This document shows positions 61,808 to 64,000 of a DNA stretch of 64,000 nt, one piece after another. The stretch comes from the human T2T-CHM13v2.0 reference genome, Homo sapiens. The DNA is taken from assembly GCF_009914755.1 (NCBI RefSeq), contig NC_060925.1. The stretch is one strand, 5' to 3'. Within the stretch, counting starts at the first letter, position 1. Each line of letters opens with the position of its first letter. Position numbers and translations under genes: made by a program. The notes beneath the pieces are model-generated. The model was not told the origin of the DNA. It was given only the letters and a program-made list of their open reading frames with translations, and did no database searches.

Positions 61808-62315
61808 TGTATGAGTCAGGCTTCTCTGGAGATGAACCAATTGGATATAGATATGGAGAAAGAGAGGGAGAGTGCTAGAGAGATTACAAGGAATTGGCTC
61901 ATGTAATTGTGGGGCTGGCAAGTCCAAAAAGTGGTACTCAGCAGGCTGGAGACCCAGGGATGAATTGATGAGACTGCAGGGAGAACGCCTCCTCTTTGCG
62001 GGAGCCTCCATCTTTACCATCACCTGATTGGACAAGGCCCACTCACACTCCAGAGTCTGCTGGTTTAAATGTTAATCACATCTTGGCCAGGTACAGTGGC
62101 ACATAATTCCAGCGCTTTGGGAAGCTGAGGCAGGCAGATTGCCTGAGTCCAGGAGTTCAAGACCAGCCTGGGCAATGTGGCAAAACCCTATCTCCAGAAA
62201 CAAAAGAAGTTAATCACATCTGAAGAGTCCTTTCATAGCAACGTTGAGACTACTGTTTAACCAAATGTTTGGGTACCATGGCTTAGCCAAGCTAACACAT
62301 AAATTAACCATCACA
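61808..62315 (-). mobile_element. ERVL LTR (MLT2B-like) with FLAM insertion (~62084-62207)
   Basis: tgtatgagtcagg..acataaattaaccatcaca; FLAM TSD GTTAATCACATCT. Confidence 0.85.
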
Positions 62316-62654
62316 GGATCACACCCCACCAAGACCAAGAATGTGGGAGAATCCTGGGGCTCCCCTAGGGTGGTGGGAGACACGCTATCCTGTGTCCTGA
62401 GAGGAAGGCACCCTCCTCCCTTCTGGGGTCTCAGCCACACTCGGGGCTGGTTTGCTTTCACCATCACAGTGTCTGCTTCGAGGGCGGATCTTCAAGGACA
62501 GGGATTAGGATGGATGCGGGGTGGTGAAGGTGCTGGGCTGCAGAGGCAGGGGGTTGAGAAGACAGTGCGGAGTGTGAACTTCCATAGGTCTGGCCCCTTC
62601 CTGGGCCTCAGTTTCCTTTGTTGAACAAAAGCATCATGGCACAACTTTCTTTTG

Positions 62655-62750
62655 CATCTTGTAAGTAGGGCCAGGGGAGCTGCTGAACAGCCTGCAATGT
62701 CCAGGACAATGAAGAGGTTTTTGGCCCCAAACGTCAGTGGCGCTGAGCAG
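62655..62750. mobile_element. MER20-like hAT fragment
   Basis: gtagggccaggggagctgctgaacagcctgcaatgtccaggaca..ggccccaaacgtcagtggcgctgag. Confidence 0.6.
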
Positions 62751-63792
62751 AGCAACCCTGATTTAGCGACTCCTTGTTGGTCCTGGCTCCCAGTGTGTTG
62801 GGGACGTGATGCGGGTGACTCTGCTGTGGGCTCACAGGCTCTGCTGGTTCCATGGACAGAAATAAAGTGGAACTTCATGCTGCTGGAACTCGGGCGGTTG
62901 TGCTGCGTTGCACCCTCCTCCTTTGCGAGCGGTGACCTTGAAGGCTGGCTTGGGGCCGTCGTGAAGGCAATGGGAGCCGGGTTGCTGAGGTGGAGCCCCG
63001 GGGAGCCTGCCAGAAGGAAGCAGAGGAGAATTTGGCCCTTAGGCTGCTGAGAGACTGAGGAGGAAATGGGGAGAAATGGAAAGGCACCCATAGGACTCAT
63101 CAGGGAAGTGGAGGAGAAGGAAAGTCACTTTGGAGAGGGCACATGGTGGGCATTTGAACAGGAACTCGTGTTGTTGGAAACTTTCTCCAACAGCTCAGCC
63201 TGAACTGGTCCAGGGTCTCCATGAACCTCCTCTCCCCAGCTCCTGGCCTCCAGGCTCCTGTGTGGGCCCCTGAGCCCACCTGCCACTGTGCCCTGCAGCT
63301 CCCGTGACCCAGGGGCTGGCATGGAGGAGCAGGTGGGCCCTCCTAGCACCTGCCACACACTGGCTCCTGTAGCTTGAAATATTAATACTCTATTGACCTG
63401 AGTTTCTTTTGGCATCTCAAATTAATTTCATTTTATTTGGACCATGATGGAGTTTAACATAAGATAAAAGCAAACCTTTGCCAACCTCAGACAGTTTAAT
63501 AACCAAAATATTTGATTAAAAATTTTAATAGTTTGGAAGGATGGAACATGTAGGATCGGGACAAATTAAGCCTCTGCCATTCACATTGATGTACATTTTT
63601 TCTGCCTGGAATGGGGAAATCTATTGTCTTACTACTTTTCCAAGGGAACCAGAAAAAAAATTAAACTCTTTAAAACAAGGTTTTCTTACAAAATGAACTT
63701 CCATTCTGACAGCATGCCTCTTCTTTATTTACTGGGAGTCACAGGTGTGCAGGGAGGTGAGTCCTCAGCCTCCACCGCCCTGCGCGGGATCT

Positions 63793-64000
63793 GTGTGTTG
63801 GTCTCCTGGGGCTGCTGTAACAGATGCCACAAACCAAGGGGCTTAAAGCAACAGGAATGTATTCTCTCACTGTTTCAGAAGGCAGAGGTCCAAAGTCCAG
63901 GCGTCCTCAGGGCCATGTTCCCTTGGAGGCTCCGGAGAGAGTCCTTCCTTGTCCCCTGGAGTTTCTGGTGGCTGTGGCCACATTGCCCCAACCTCTGTCT
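63793..64000 (-). mobile_element. MaLR LTR (MLT1C-like), cut by the window end
   Basis: ggggctgctgtaacagatgccacaaacc..ggcttaaagcaacaggaatgtattctctcac. Confidence 0.85.

Overview
Primate (human-like) non-coding genomic DNA. I find no protein-coding gene, RNA gene, CRISPR array or prokaryotic system. The ORF track is explained by Alu-, LTR- and tandem-repeat-derived frames plus chance ORFs in GC-rich sequence. A large fraction of the window is interspersed repeat: about 25 Alu/FLAM/FRAM copies (many with readable target-site duplications, TSDs), about 16 MaLR/ERVL LTRs in both orientations, ERV1-class solo LTRs (MER41-like, MER31-like, MER39/MER4-group-like), a decayed ERVL provirus with a recognisable gag remnant, L1/L2/MIR fragments and DNA transposons (MER63, Tigger2, Tc2-type). 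The window also holds many GC-rich minisatellites. The structures not explained by ordinary repeat annotation are local rearrangements: a ~198-bp, ~97% identical inverted duplication at 25.2-26.0 kb; a 62-bp templated copy of a nearby LTR inside an L1 at 53.65 kb; and two tandem duplications that carry splice-signal pairs. Repeat family names are from recognition of consensus motifs, not from a database search, and boundaries without a stated TSD are approximate. I see no convincing previously undescribed biological system.
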